64,000 bases of DNA from Felis catus (lineage: Eukaryota): the NCBI RefSeq assembly GCF_018350175.1, contig NC_058368.1, positions 28,026,001-28,090,000 on the forward strand. Reading direction: 5' to 3'. This document shows, piece after piece, positions 12,320 to 23,586 of this stretch. The translations under genes were made by a program, and so were the position numbers. Position 1 is the stretch's first letter; each line of letters starts with the position of its first letter. The notes under the pieces are model-generated. The model was not told the DNA's origin. It was given only the letters and a program-made list of their open reading frames with translations, and searched no databases.

Positions 12320-12555
12320 GAAATCAGTGCATGTAATGAGGGTGTACCCCGTGCTGTGCACTGAGGGACGTAACTTTCTTTACATACATAATCTCTCATA
12401 TCTCTTACTCCAACCCACGGAGGCAGAGATGAGTTGCATTTCCAACGGAAATATGGAGCACGAGTGGGATGGGCAATGGTCACATGTCACACAGCAAACA
12501 GTTGAAGTAGGATTCCGTGGCAAGGCTGTCTGACTCATGTTCATGCTCTTCCCTC
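12320..12555 (-). mobile_element. MIR SINE, degraded
   Basis: actttctttacatacataatctc...gtcacatgtcacacagcaa...ggattc...ctgtctgactc...catgctcttcc. Confidence 0.6.
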
Positions 12556-12825
12556 TAAATTTGGGTTTTGTTTAGGTGCGTGGGCTTCCCAGGCATAGGA
12601 TAGGGCAGTGATGATGGCAGGAACGAGAGGGGTCCATGGTGCAGAGCAACAGTGGAGAAGAATGGAGGCTGGTATCTCCGTGGCAAACATCCCACAACAG
12701 AATAATTACCAAGCACAGCAAGGCCCAGGTTCCGATCAGTCCCACCTCCAACATGAGTCTTCTGCTCTATAGGAAATGTCAGCGTGGTAGTCATCAAATT
12801 TTAAAGAGGAGGAAGTTGTCCAAGG

Positions 12826-12854
12826 CGGGGGGGGGGGGGGGAGGCGGGGGGGGG
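12826..12854 (+). repeat. G-rich homopolymer tract
   Basis: Long G run, then aggc, then G9, read directly from the sequence. Confidence 0.9.
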
Positions 12855-14024
12855 TGTTGCGGACATCTCTGCCCATGACCTTACTGGCGGCTCGTGGCAG
12901 CCAAAGGTGAGAACGAACCCTGGGCTGCAGATGTGATGGGTCAGGGCTCAGGGACTCGTGAGGATGTGCCCAGCCTCACTGTAACACTTTGGCAATCATA
13001 TTCATGTGAGGCTGAGCTTTGTAACTAAAACAGGCTGAAGAAACCAAGACTCCGTGCTCCATGCTAGGATTACTGTTGGCCTACAGTTGAGCAAGTTGAG
13101 CAGAAGGTGAAGGAGCTAATGGAGCGGCCTCTAGATGCAAATGGACTTGATTTTGCACTGGGTCTTTTCTAGCTAGGGTCGCTGTAGGCATGCCTGCAGC
13201 TTCTCTATACAATGAAAAGGGCTAACAATGGCTGTGCAGCCTTGCAACTTGATTCAGTTCAATTGTTTACACACGGAGGCCATTATTATCTTCATCATCA
13301 TTAGTGATGACGCTTGTCAAGGAAGGAGGGAATAATTGTCAGAATGAGTCTTCTGAGTGAGCGGGAGGGAGTGAAACCCAAAAGGAAGTGGAGGGCTGTC
13401 CTGAGACAGTAGGAAAGATGCCACTTCCTCTCCGATTGGATGTCAGCAGGTTCTGATAGAGGCAAACATAGAAAACTCACCCAAGGTGGCAGGGAAGAGA
13501 CCAGCCCGATGCCTCTTGCTTTGGAAGAAAATGATAAGATGACTTTCTGACTGGCTTTTCTAATATTTCATTTAGGTGATGTTAACCATACTTTTCATTT
13601 CCTGAGACTTTATCATACAACGGAGCCGGGGGGGGGGAGAGGCTGGGATTCAGAAAAATTCCATATGTCAGGCGTGGGGAAGATCATCTCAGCACTGGAA
13701 CGTCTGCATCCAAAGTCAGGAATCTGCTTCCACATGTTGAGCTCTCAATGGATGCACACGTTTGTGTGTCTGTGTTCTCGTTTAAGCATTATCATTTGCA
13801 TCTAGAGCCATGTGCCATGTTTCTGCAGAGTCAACACAGAACCCTAGCTCACAAGTGGTCTGAGACAATGCAGCTGACTGGGGGAGGGAACTATTCTGTA
13901 GACTGGCTCTGTCTCCTGTAGCCACCACACATATTGGAGCTCGGAATAACACGGTGTGCCTATGACCAGGGTTAGTCCTGCCCCCAGGAAGGCCATTCTA
14001 GGAGCCTTTCCTCTGTGCAGTGAC

Positions 14025-14533
14025 TCAGTGAGTATTCTTCAGAGAAAGAGAACCAACAGGGGGTTTTACATTTGTATATGTATATACACACGTGTACAGG
14101 AGATCATATTATATCGCATATATAATATGTATAACCCACAGACACACACATTGGCAATATGTTTATATCCTGTTGGTTCTGTTTCTCTAGAGAATCCTGA
14201 CTACACTAGCTAGAAATAACTTGGGATTAAAATTCACAGCCGAGAGAGAGGATTTATCGTTATGGAATTGGCTCCTGTTACTGTGGGGACTGGCAAGGTC
14301 AAGATTTGAGGCAGAATTTCTTTCAGAAACCTCAGTTTTTGCTCTTAAGACCTTCCACTGATTAAATGAGGCCAACCCATATTATTGAGGGTGATTTCCA
14401 TTACTGGAAGTCAACAGATTGTAGGTTCTAACCACACCTACAAAATACCTTCACAGCAATGCCTGGATTAGAGTTTGGTTAAATAACTGGGCACCACAGC
14501 CTAGCTCTCTATGCACATAAAATGAAACATCAC
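14025..14533 (-). mobile_element. MLT2-family (ERVL) LTR containing an inverted second LTR end
   Basis: cagagaaagagaaccaacagg...ggaattggctc...gaggccaacccatattattgagggt...aaataccttcacagcaat...cacataaaatgaaacatcaca. Confidence 0.8.
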
Positions 14534-14787
14534 ATTCATAAAGATAGCTGGTACACAGGACTGCTTCTTAATCAGCTACACAACAACGAGAGGGAAATTT
14601 CACTGAGCTAGACATCAGCAGACCCGAGCTTTGTACCACCTCCCCAGGGAACCTGGAAGTACATCCCTTAAACTCTCTGTGCCTCAGTTTTCTCAGGTGT
14701 GGCCCAGTAAGTACCTTGTCTGCCTACCCCTCATGTGGTTTAAGGAGATAGAGTATGTAATTTTTTTTGAAAAAAATTCATATTTTA

Positions 14788-15005
14788 ATAGCTAATGTTT
14801 ATTACAGCCTTATGTTCAGGCATCACGCCAGGTTCTTCACATAAATTACATTATTTAATTATCAAAACAACCCTATGAAGTTGATACCCTTTCTTTGGTT
14901 GAGGACACTAAAGCTCAGAGAGGTGACGTAACTGGGGTAAGGCACCACAGCAAGTAAATGACTGAGCTCTGTCTGACTCTGAAGCCTATGATTTAACCTC
15001 TTTCC
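14788..15005 (-). mobile_element. MIR SINE
   Basis: atagctaatgtttatt...acaaccctatgaag...tgaggacactaaagctcagagaggtgacgtaact...tgtctgactctgaagcc. Confidence 0.8.
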
Positions 15006-16085
15006 TGTATTCAAATATACTAATATTTACTATGCATTCACATTCATTATGTAGCTGGAGGCAGGTGACTGAACCACATGACCAAATTCACTTTTTAATG
15101 ATCGCTAAAGTGTGTTATAAAAGGCACCGAACAGTTCTCATTTCATGCACAGCATCAAGGGAAACCAAATGTTCAAGCACATGGTATGTGCCCAGACACT
15201 AAAAGAAAACAAACATCCCCCAGTTAGCCTCCTGGATTTGTTTTTTCAGTGCCGCTTCTGCACCTAAGCACCTTCCCTATGTCAGTGAGTCCTGACCTTA
15301 TCTGCTTACACTCAGTTCTTCGGGAAGCATAAAATGTGAAACAGGTAACTTCAGCACAAGTTATTGTACTGAAGCCACTGAAAGAATAGCACACATTACT
15401 ACAGAGAGGGAAGGATGCAGAAGGAAGGAAGTCAGACATAATGAAAAACAGACACGTAGACACAAGTTTTCTGGCACTTTCTGCCATAAAATTTCAGCTG
15501 TTATTAAATATGCATAAGAGAAATCTTTATTGGTGCTTTGGAAATTCTTAATTGCTACAAAAGCCTTAGCAGCCTACCCCCTACCTAGTCTCTTACATTG
15601 CTGGAAATAATTGGTGTATTTCACATACTACCTATCATAATAAAAATATCTTAACACTGTTTACTGTCTATTGTATCAGAAAGGATGTTAGTTCTCTAAT
15701 TTTTTTCCATAAAGCTATATTCTATATAGCTCTGATCTCGCCTTAGCTTGAAGGGATTTTGCAGCCCAATGCGTGCATTAATGCACATTCAATCTCAGTT
15801 CCTCATGATGATCCGTGTTTTTATTCATCTCTATATTTAACAATGCCCCACCCCCAACTTGATGAAGCCACTCACTGTCTTCTGTTTCCAGACTTTATGC
15901 AGACCATTCTGCAAATTTGGGTAATAGTGCTCATTATCTAAATCTTTGGTTTTCCTCCCCTCAGGGACATGCAGCCCTGTGCTTCCCTGCCCTATTGAAT
16001 TTAGGGATGCCGTTTGACTTGCTTCAGCCAATAAACTGTGAATAGAAATGATTTAAGAATGGAAAAGTGTGTGTTGGAGTGGGGA

Positions 16086-16285
16086 GGGGTACCTGAGTGG
16101 ATCAGTTGGTTGAGCACCCGACTCTTGATTATGGTTCAGGTCATGATCCCAGGGTCGTGGGATCGATCCTGGCGTGGGGTCCAGTGCTGAATGTCGAGCC
16201 TGCTTAAGATTTTTCTCTCTCTCCCTCTCTCTCTCCCTCCCTCCCTCTCCCCAGCTTGTCTCAAAAAAAAAAAAAAAAAAAAAAA
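16086..16285 (+). mobile_element. CAN-SINE (older carnivore subfamily)
   Basis: ggggtacctgagtggatcagttggttgagc...gactcttgat...gagcctgcttaagatt, CT tract, long A tail. Confidence 0.93.
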
Positions 16286-17741
16286 GAATGGGAAAGGTGA
16301 TGTCCTAAACACATGCTGGGCTGACAAAAATATATACGTGTACCATAATGTCAGAAACACTCCTAAATAGCCATCTGTCACCCTGTCCCACTTTTGTACC
16401 GAAGTATCCCCTAGTGCATCTTGGGATTGAGCCACTGTTATCAGCCCTGATTCCCTATCTGTGCTAATAAAGTTATTTTAGAGCTTTCACCTTTTGCTTC
16501 ACAACTAATTTCAAAGAACAATGGTTTTTAATAGCCAGTGACTTCCAACTATCGGTCGTGTGTTCCCTCTGTAGTCACCCTTAAAAGATCATCAAGAAGT
16601 GCTTACATTTGAAAATGTAGCTTTTCAAGATTGAAAAGTTAAATATGTCTCAATTACCCAGCTTCTGTAGTGCATCTGTAATGGTTTCAAAAATCGATTC
16701 CAGAATCCCCTTTAAGATAGAAAAAAAACAAGCACTTAATAAGTAAAGAGGTTTGCTGACATTGCAGTTATTACATTTAACAGCTTGGGCATATTCATTT
16801 GCTGAGAAACATGATGGAGAGTTTGAAAGGGCCTGTAATAAAATGACAGTTTGATTTGTGTGGAGGATAATATCTCTGCTCCGTCTTAATTTAGTTCATT
16901 AATGTGCCTGCATAATAAAAAGTTTGCAATTAAGCATGATAAAAACACAAATAAACAGTGCCACCTTTTGGACAATGCTTAAACTTGACGCGTGTATATA
17001 GTCCTCTATATATTGTCAGGCAAGTACTCAGGACCCACCAGCATCCATCACAGATGTCGGAAAGATCTTATTTTTATCATTAGTAAATTTCCAGGGCATG
17101 AGAGCTTTTATTGGCACCATAGGAAGGCAAGCCATCATACCTAAAAATAGTGTAACTTGCACCTGTCCAACTTACCTGGAATAGCACACTCAGATTGGCT
17201 TTTTAAGATCTCCATGGAAATGCCACGGCAGCCATGTGTTTATTTGCTCCTTGGGGCACCTGAGGACATTTTTTTCCCAGTTTAATTTCCTTTCTAAATC
17301 TAGGATGAGCTGTATCTGGCTCAGGTGTCAGGTTTTAAAAAGCAGGCGGATGAATGTCATGTATAAAAATAGAAACCCTATTGTTATCCTGCTCATAGCT
17401 GTTATTCATGACCAAAGTGGGAGGAACACACAAGAAAAGCCTGTTTCACCAAAACTCATTCTCCATTGAATAGCACAGATCAGTTCAGTAGTGGGCAATC
17501 TGAAAAGATGACCTATACATAGAGATGCAAATATTTTGGAAGAGGAATTCCAAATTATCACTCTAGTCAAGCATTTAATAGCCACCTAGCATTGTGCTAG
17601 GAACTCTATATGAAACGGGCCTATGACCCCTGAAATTATTGAGACAGTTGTTACTTAAAGGTTTTATAGTAGGCAAAATGTTTCAAAGGTGTGCTTTTAA
17701 AGGATTAGATACTATAAAATGAAAATGGAGGTAATTTTCAC

Positions 17742-17960
17742 GATGATGATGATGGCGATGATGATGATAGCTAACATTTACTGGGCATTTACCTTGTGCC
17801 AGGCACTGTTTAAATGTTGTACGTGTATAAATTCACTTCACTCTCGTGAAGACTTAATGAGGTAGGTTCTATTATGATCATCATTCTATAGACAGGGAGA
17901 CTGAAACAGAGTGCCTTAGTAACTTGTCCAAAGTCACCTAGTGACCACTTACTAGAAGAT
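17742..17960 (-). mobile_element. MIR SINE with (GAT)n tail
   Basis: gatgatgatagctaacatttactgggcatttaccttgtgccaggcactg...gggagactgaaacagag...taacttgtccaaagtcacc. Confidence 0.85.
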
Positions 17961-18547
17961 CTCGTGTCAAAGAAAACTGAAACAATTAGTGGTGTCCATA
18001 GTGAAGAAATAATGAGCCAAAGCCAGGATAAGGGCATGAATGTCAAATTTGTTCATACAAAAAAGACACAATTATTTGAGTACCTATTCTCTGCCAGGTA
18101 CCATTGTCAGAGCTGGAGACTGAACAAAACAGACAAACCCCCTGGTGTCATAAACCCGCCTCATGCTGGAGTAGATAATACACAGAAACATATTACCATG
18201 TCTTGTGATGATTAGGAAACCAGGAGAGAGCTACAGAATGCTTGGGAACACTGCGCTAGGCTCAAAGGGATATGAGAGGAAATCTTGGTACCTGCCCCCA
18301 AAGCACTTCGGGCCTAATGATGAAGTCCAAGAGACTCAGTAAAAAATGTATTGTGACTTGTGCAGTACAGGACTCCCCATCGAGACTAGGTATCGAAATT
18401 TCGAAGAAGGCTTTTCAGAGATGGTGATGTTTTCACTGAGCATTATACAACGAATAGAACTAGCCAGACAGGAAATATGGAGACACCTTGGGAGAGAATA
18501 ATCACAAAACACAAACCTTGAAAACTGAGCAAGATCTGAGAACAGAT

Positions 18548-18969
18548 GTGTGTTCATCAGGGTAACAGGGAGAGAGAGAACCAATAGGATAAACGCACTT
18601 ATGGAAGCTGAGAAATCCCATGATCTGCTTTCTTCAAGCTGGAGACTCAGGAAGGCAGTGGTATACTTCAGCCCTAGTCTGAAGGCCTGGGAACACCACG
18701 AGCAGGAGAAGACCCATGTCTCAGTTCAGGCGATCAGGCAGGAAGAACTGAATTCTCCTTTCCTCTGAATTATTCTTCCATCAAGGTCCTCAGTGAACTG
18801 GATGAGGCCCACCCGCGTCAAAGGGGGCAAGTCACTTTACTGCGTCCACAGATTTAAATTCGAGTTTCATCCAGAAACACCCTCACAGACACACACAGAA
18901 ATCATGTTTAGGCAAATATCTGGCCACCCTGCGATCCAGTCAAGCCGACACATAAAATTAGCCATCGCA
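18548..18969 (-). mobile_element. MLT2B-like (ERVL) solo LTR
   Basis: agaaccaatagga...tatggaagctgagaaatcccatgatctg...tggatgaggcccacc...catccagaaacaccctcacagacac...cacataaaattagccatcgca. Confidence 0.85.
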
Positions 18970-19499
18970 CAAGGGTGGCTCCATATAGTGAGATCTTAGG
19001 ATATATGTAAGGTGAGTGGCCAGACATCATGGTTCTGGAAGGTTGCGCAGAGGGCAAGTCCCACCCGTCTGTATCAGGCCTGTGATGGAGCAGTTGCTAA
19101 TCCTGAGGGCCACGAGTGAACACTGATGGGAACAGAGACTCTGTGCTCTGAGGAGAGCACTCTAACAATGATGCAAGCCATGGGTTGGAGGGGGCCTAGG
19201 TAGAGGCCCCCCTCTACCTGGAAGTGCAGAGAAGTGCAGAGATGGTCATGGCAATCCACGGGAGAGATGTTGGGTTTGGAGAAGAGGAAGCCCATTTGCA
19301 AGACTCTTAGAAGAAAGATGGGTAGCTAACTGGATTTGAGGGAGGAATGGAAAGATAGGAAATCAAGAAGATGTGCAGGTGGCTGCCCTGAGTGACTGGG
19401 AAGGTGGTAGTGTCATTCACAAGAGGAGAGTATCAGAGGAAGGGCAGGTTTGGATTTGAGGGGCCTGAGGCATGGATGCCAAACACCACGGTTCTTTCA

Positions 19500-21904
19500 T
19501 TTTCTTTTTCACATTGAATATTTTATTTTATTTTTCAATATATGAAGTTTATTGTCAAATTGGTTTCCATACAACACCCAGTGCTCATCCCAACAGATGC
19601 CCTCCTCAATACCCATCACCCACCCTCCCCTCCCTCCCACCCCCCATCAACCCTCAGTTTGTTCTCAGTTTTTAACAGTCTCTTATGCTTTGGCTCTCTT
19701 CCACTCTAACCTCTTTTTTTTTTTCCTTCCCCTCCCCCATGGGTTTCTGTTAAGTTTCTCAGGGTCCACATAAGAGTGAAACCATATGGTATCTGTCTTT
19801 CTCTGTATGGCTTATTTCAGTTAGCATAACACTCTGCAGTTCCATCCACGTTGCTACAAAGGGCCATATTTCATTCTTTCTCATTGCCACGTAGTACTCC
19901 ATTGTGTATATAAACCACAATTTCTTTATCCATTCATCAGTTGATGGACATTTAGGCTTTTCCCATAATTTGGCTATTGTTGAGAGTGCTGCTATGAACA
20001 TTGGGGTACAAGTGCCCCTATGCATCAGTACTCCTGTATCCCTTGGGTAAATTCTTAGCAGTGCTGTTGCTGGGTCATAGAGTAGGTCTATTTTTAATTT
20101 TCTGAGGAACCTCCACACCATTTTCCAGAGTGGCTGCACCAATTTGCATTCCCACCAATAGTGCAAGAGGGTTCCCGTTTCTCCACATCCTCTCCAGTAT
20201 CTATAGTCTCCTGATTTGTTCATTGTGGCCACTCTGACTGGCGTGAGGTGATACCTGAGTGTGGTTTTGATTTGTATTTCCCTGATGAGGAGCGATGTTG
20301 AGCATCTTTTCATGTGCCCGTTGGCCATCCGGATGTCTTCTTTAGAGAAGTGTCTATTCATGTTTTCTGCCCATTTCTTCACTGGGTTATTTGTTTTTCG
20401 GGTGTGGAGTTTGGTGAGCTCTTTATAGATTTTGGATACTAGCCCTTTGTCCAATATGTCATATGCAAATATCTTTTCCCATTCCGTTGGTTGCCTTTTA
20501 GTTTTGTTGGTTGTTTCCTTTGCTGTGCAGAAGCTTTTTATCTTCATAAGGTCCCAGTAGTTCATTTTTGCTTTTAATTCCCTTGCCTTTGGGGATGTGT
20601 CAAGTAAGAGATTGCTACGGCAGAGGTCAGAGAGGTCTTTTCCTGCTTTCTACTCTAAGGTTTTGATGGTTTCCTGTCTCACATTGAGGTCCTTTATCCA
20701 TTTTGAGTTTATTTTTGTGAATGGTGTGAGAAAGTGGTCTAGTTTCAACCTTCTGCATGTTGCTGTCCAGTTCTCCCAGCACCATTTGTTAAAGAGACTG
20801 TCTTTTTTCCGTTGGATGTTCTTTCTTGCTTTGTCAAAGATGAGTTGGCCATACTTTTGTGGGTCTAGTTCTGGGGTTTCTATTCTATTCCATTGGTCTA
20901 TGTGTCTGTTTTTGTGCCAATACCATGCTGTCTTGATGATGACAGCTTTGTAGTAGAGGCTAAAGTCTGGGATTGTGATGCCTCCTGCTTTGGTCTTCTT
21001 CTTCAAAATTACTTTGGCTATTTGGGGCCTTTTGTGGTTCCACATGAATTTTAGGATTGCTTGTTCTAATTTTGAGAAGAATGCTAGTGCAATTTTTTTT
21101 TTAATTTTTTTTTCAACGTTTATTTATTTTTGGGACAGAGAGAGACAGAGCATGAACGGGGGAGGGGCAGAGAGAGAGTGAGACACAGAATCGGAAACAG
21201 GCTCCAGGCTCCGAGCCATCAGCCCAGAACCTGACGTGGGGCTCGAACTCACGGACCGCGAGATCGTGACCTGGCTGAAGTCGGACGCTTAACCGACTGC
21301 GCCACCCAGGCGCCCCTGCTGGTGCAATTTTGATTGGGATTGCATTGAATAAGTAGATAGCTTTGGGTAGTATTGACATTTTGACAATATTTATTCTTCC
21401 AATCCATGAGCAGGGAATGTTTTTCCATTTCTTTATATCTTCTTCAATTTCCTTCATAAGCTTTCTATAGTTTTCAGCATACAGATCTTTTACATCTTTG
21501 GTTAGATTTATTCGTACGTATTTTATGCTTCTTGGTGCAGTTGTGAATGGGATCAGTTTCTTTGTCTTTCTGTTGCTTCATTATTAGTGTATAAGAATGC
21601 AGCTGATTACTGTACATTGATTTTGTATCCTGAAACTTTGCTGAATTCATGTATCAGTTCTAGCAGACTTTTGGTGGAGTCTATTGGATTTTCCATGTAT
21701 AATATCATGTCATCTGCAAAAAGTGAAAGCTTAACTTCATCTTTGCCAATTTTGATGCCTTTGATTTCCTTTTGTTGTCTGATTGCTGATGCTAGAACTT
21801 CCAACACTATGTTAAACAACAGCGGGGAGAGTGGACATCCCTGTCGTGTTCCTGATCTCAGGGAAAAAGCTCTCAGTTTTTCCCCATTGAGGATGATGTT
21901 AGCT
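19500..21904 (-). mobile_element. 5'-truncated felid L1 (L1_Fc-like) with decayed ORF2 C-terminal half and 3' UTR
   Basis: ORF track gives [23 protein letters not shown]...FADDMI (RT), [16 protein letters not shown] and CTPMFIAAL...HTEKDRYHM. Nonsense codon at about 20650. 18-bp TSD aacaccacggttctttca (19482-19499) / aacaccatggttctttca (21905-21922). Confidence 0.98.
21097..21316 (-). mobile_element. Young felid SINEC nested in L1 ORF2
   Basis: CpG-retaining body. TSD tgctagtgcaatttt / tgctggtgcaatttt (21082-21096 / 21317-21331). Confidence 0.98.
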
Positions 21905-22491
21905 AACACCATGGTTCTTTCAAATGCCTGCATAACGTCTATCCCTTCCAGGGACTGGCAGAGGCTGTGGCCCCTACCCATTTCCACCGTTGTGGCCTCC
22001 CCTCTCTGAGCTTTCCTGGGGTGATCCCCCCTCATACCTCAGATCTTGGCTTCAGTGTCATTTCCCCAGTGGCCACCATGACCTCAGGCAGGGGAGGCTC
22101 TTGCTAAATGCTCCCCAATAGTCTGTTCTCTGACCTCGGACTGTATCAGAGCTTCTTTTTAGTTTTCTGCCTTCCAAGCTAAACAATAAACTGGATTTCT
22201 CCCCACACAGTTCCTGCCACAAGGCACCCCCTAAGAAATGCTACAGCATGCCTATATGAGTGAGTGCCCTATAAACTCCTAGATATATGGGTGCCAAGCT
22301 CTAAAGAGGGATCTGAAATTAGAGATATGGATTTGGGCGTCATCAGCTGGTGGAAGCAATTTCCCTTAAATTGATGATCACACAGCCGTGGGAGAGGAAA
22401 GTGTTTTTTTCAACAGCACCCTGAAAGGCAGTGCTTAAAAAAAAAACACACACACATATATATTTATTATGCCCAAAGCACCTTACATGTA

Positions 22492-22548
22492 TTTCCTTTT
22501 GACGCTTTCTTTTTTTTTTTTTTTTTTTTTTTCCTTTTGACGCTTTCT
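22492..22548 (-). mobile_element. Solitary poly(A) retro-insertion with target-site duplication
   Basis: ttccttttgacgctttct - T20 - ttccttttgacgctttct, followed by at. Confidence 0.8.
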
Positions 22549-23380
22549 ATCCTCCCAGGAAAACAGGTGGTATGCACCGTTTCCCTTCTTTTCTTTCTAC
22601 TGGTTTCTTTTCGGCCCGGCTCCAAGGCTTTTCACACTAACAGCAAAAACAACGTAGACACTCTAAAATGATACACAACCAAGATTTCTCTCCTCTATAG
22701 CAGGGAATGGCTTTTCTTCGAGGACAAAGCTGAAAACAATACCTTCCCCCAGTCCCTTCTAAATCCTCTCCCGTCTCTGGGGGCCTTCAGGTCTCCTGAA
22801 GTTCACAGTCATCAGTGTCCCTTGCCACTCCGTTTCTCTTAAGGAGTCCTGCCTCTCTGCAGGTTGGCTCAGCCTGAGCCTGAAACCTTTCTGCCCATGG
22901 AGCAGGATTTGGCGTCCATCATCAAGGTATCTTTTTCCTACCAAGTTCCCCCACCAAGGTGAAGAGGTGCTTTTTTTCTGGAGGAAGTTAGTTGAGACAC
23001 CGTTTCTGTGGACTCGGGTTCAGCGCCTGAGCAAGCTACAACCTGGTATGCTAATGAATGCTAATTAGGGTGGATTATGGTGTGGCCATCTGTCACATCA
23101 GATTACTTCATTGCACCCCTGTGGGGGAAGGAATTACACTGTCCTATTCTTGTGAAGATTATTTAATTTAAATACGGAAAAAGGAGGTCTAGTCCTCAGT
23201 TAACATCTCTGTAATCATCAGCTTTATAATTCACATTTATTTTGTACCTTTTTCTTGTATCCCTCTAGATGGCTGAATGTTACACTCTCAGAGAACATGA
23301 GAAACGACAGTGAGACCAATTAATAAATACTAAGCAATGCACAGAGTATACATTCTTGCACAAATATAGAATTAGGTCCA

Positions 23381-23586
23381 GGGGCCCCTGGGTGGCTCAG
23401 TTGGTTAAACCTCCAACTCTTGATTTTGGCTTAGGTCATGATCCCAGGATAGTGAGATGGAGCCCCTCATTGGGCTCCATGTGGAGCCTGCTTAAGATTT
23501 TCTTTCTTCCTCTCCCTCTGCCTCTCCCCAGCTTGCTCTTGCTCTCTCTTAAATTAAAAAAAAAAAAAAAAAAACAAAAAAAAAAA
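23381..23586 (+). mobile_element. CAN-SINE (older subfamily)
   Basis: ggggcccctgggtggctcagttggttaa...ggagcctgcttaagatt, CT tract, A tail. Confidence 0.93.

Noticed and set aside
19759..21457. 268-, 131- and 114-aa ORFs as host genes
   Set aside because: They are fragments of L1 ORF2 broken by a nonsense codon, a small deletion and a SINE; there is no intact retrotransposase.
21607..22035. 142-aa RT-containing ORF with a novel N-terminus
   Set aside because: The frame simply reads through the L1 5' truncation point and TSD into flanking DNA; no sign of a real fusion gene.
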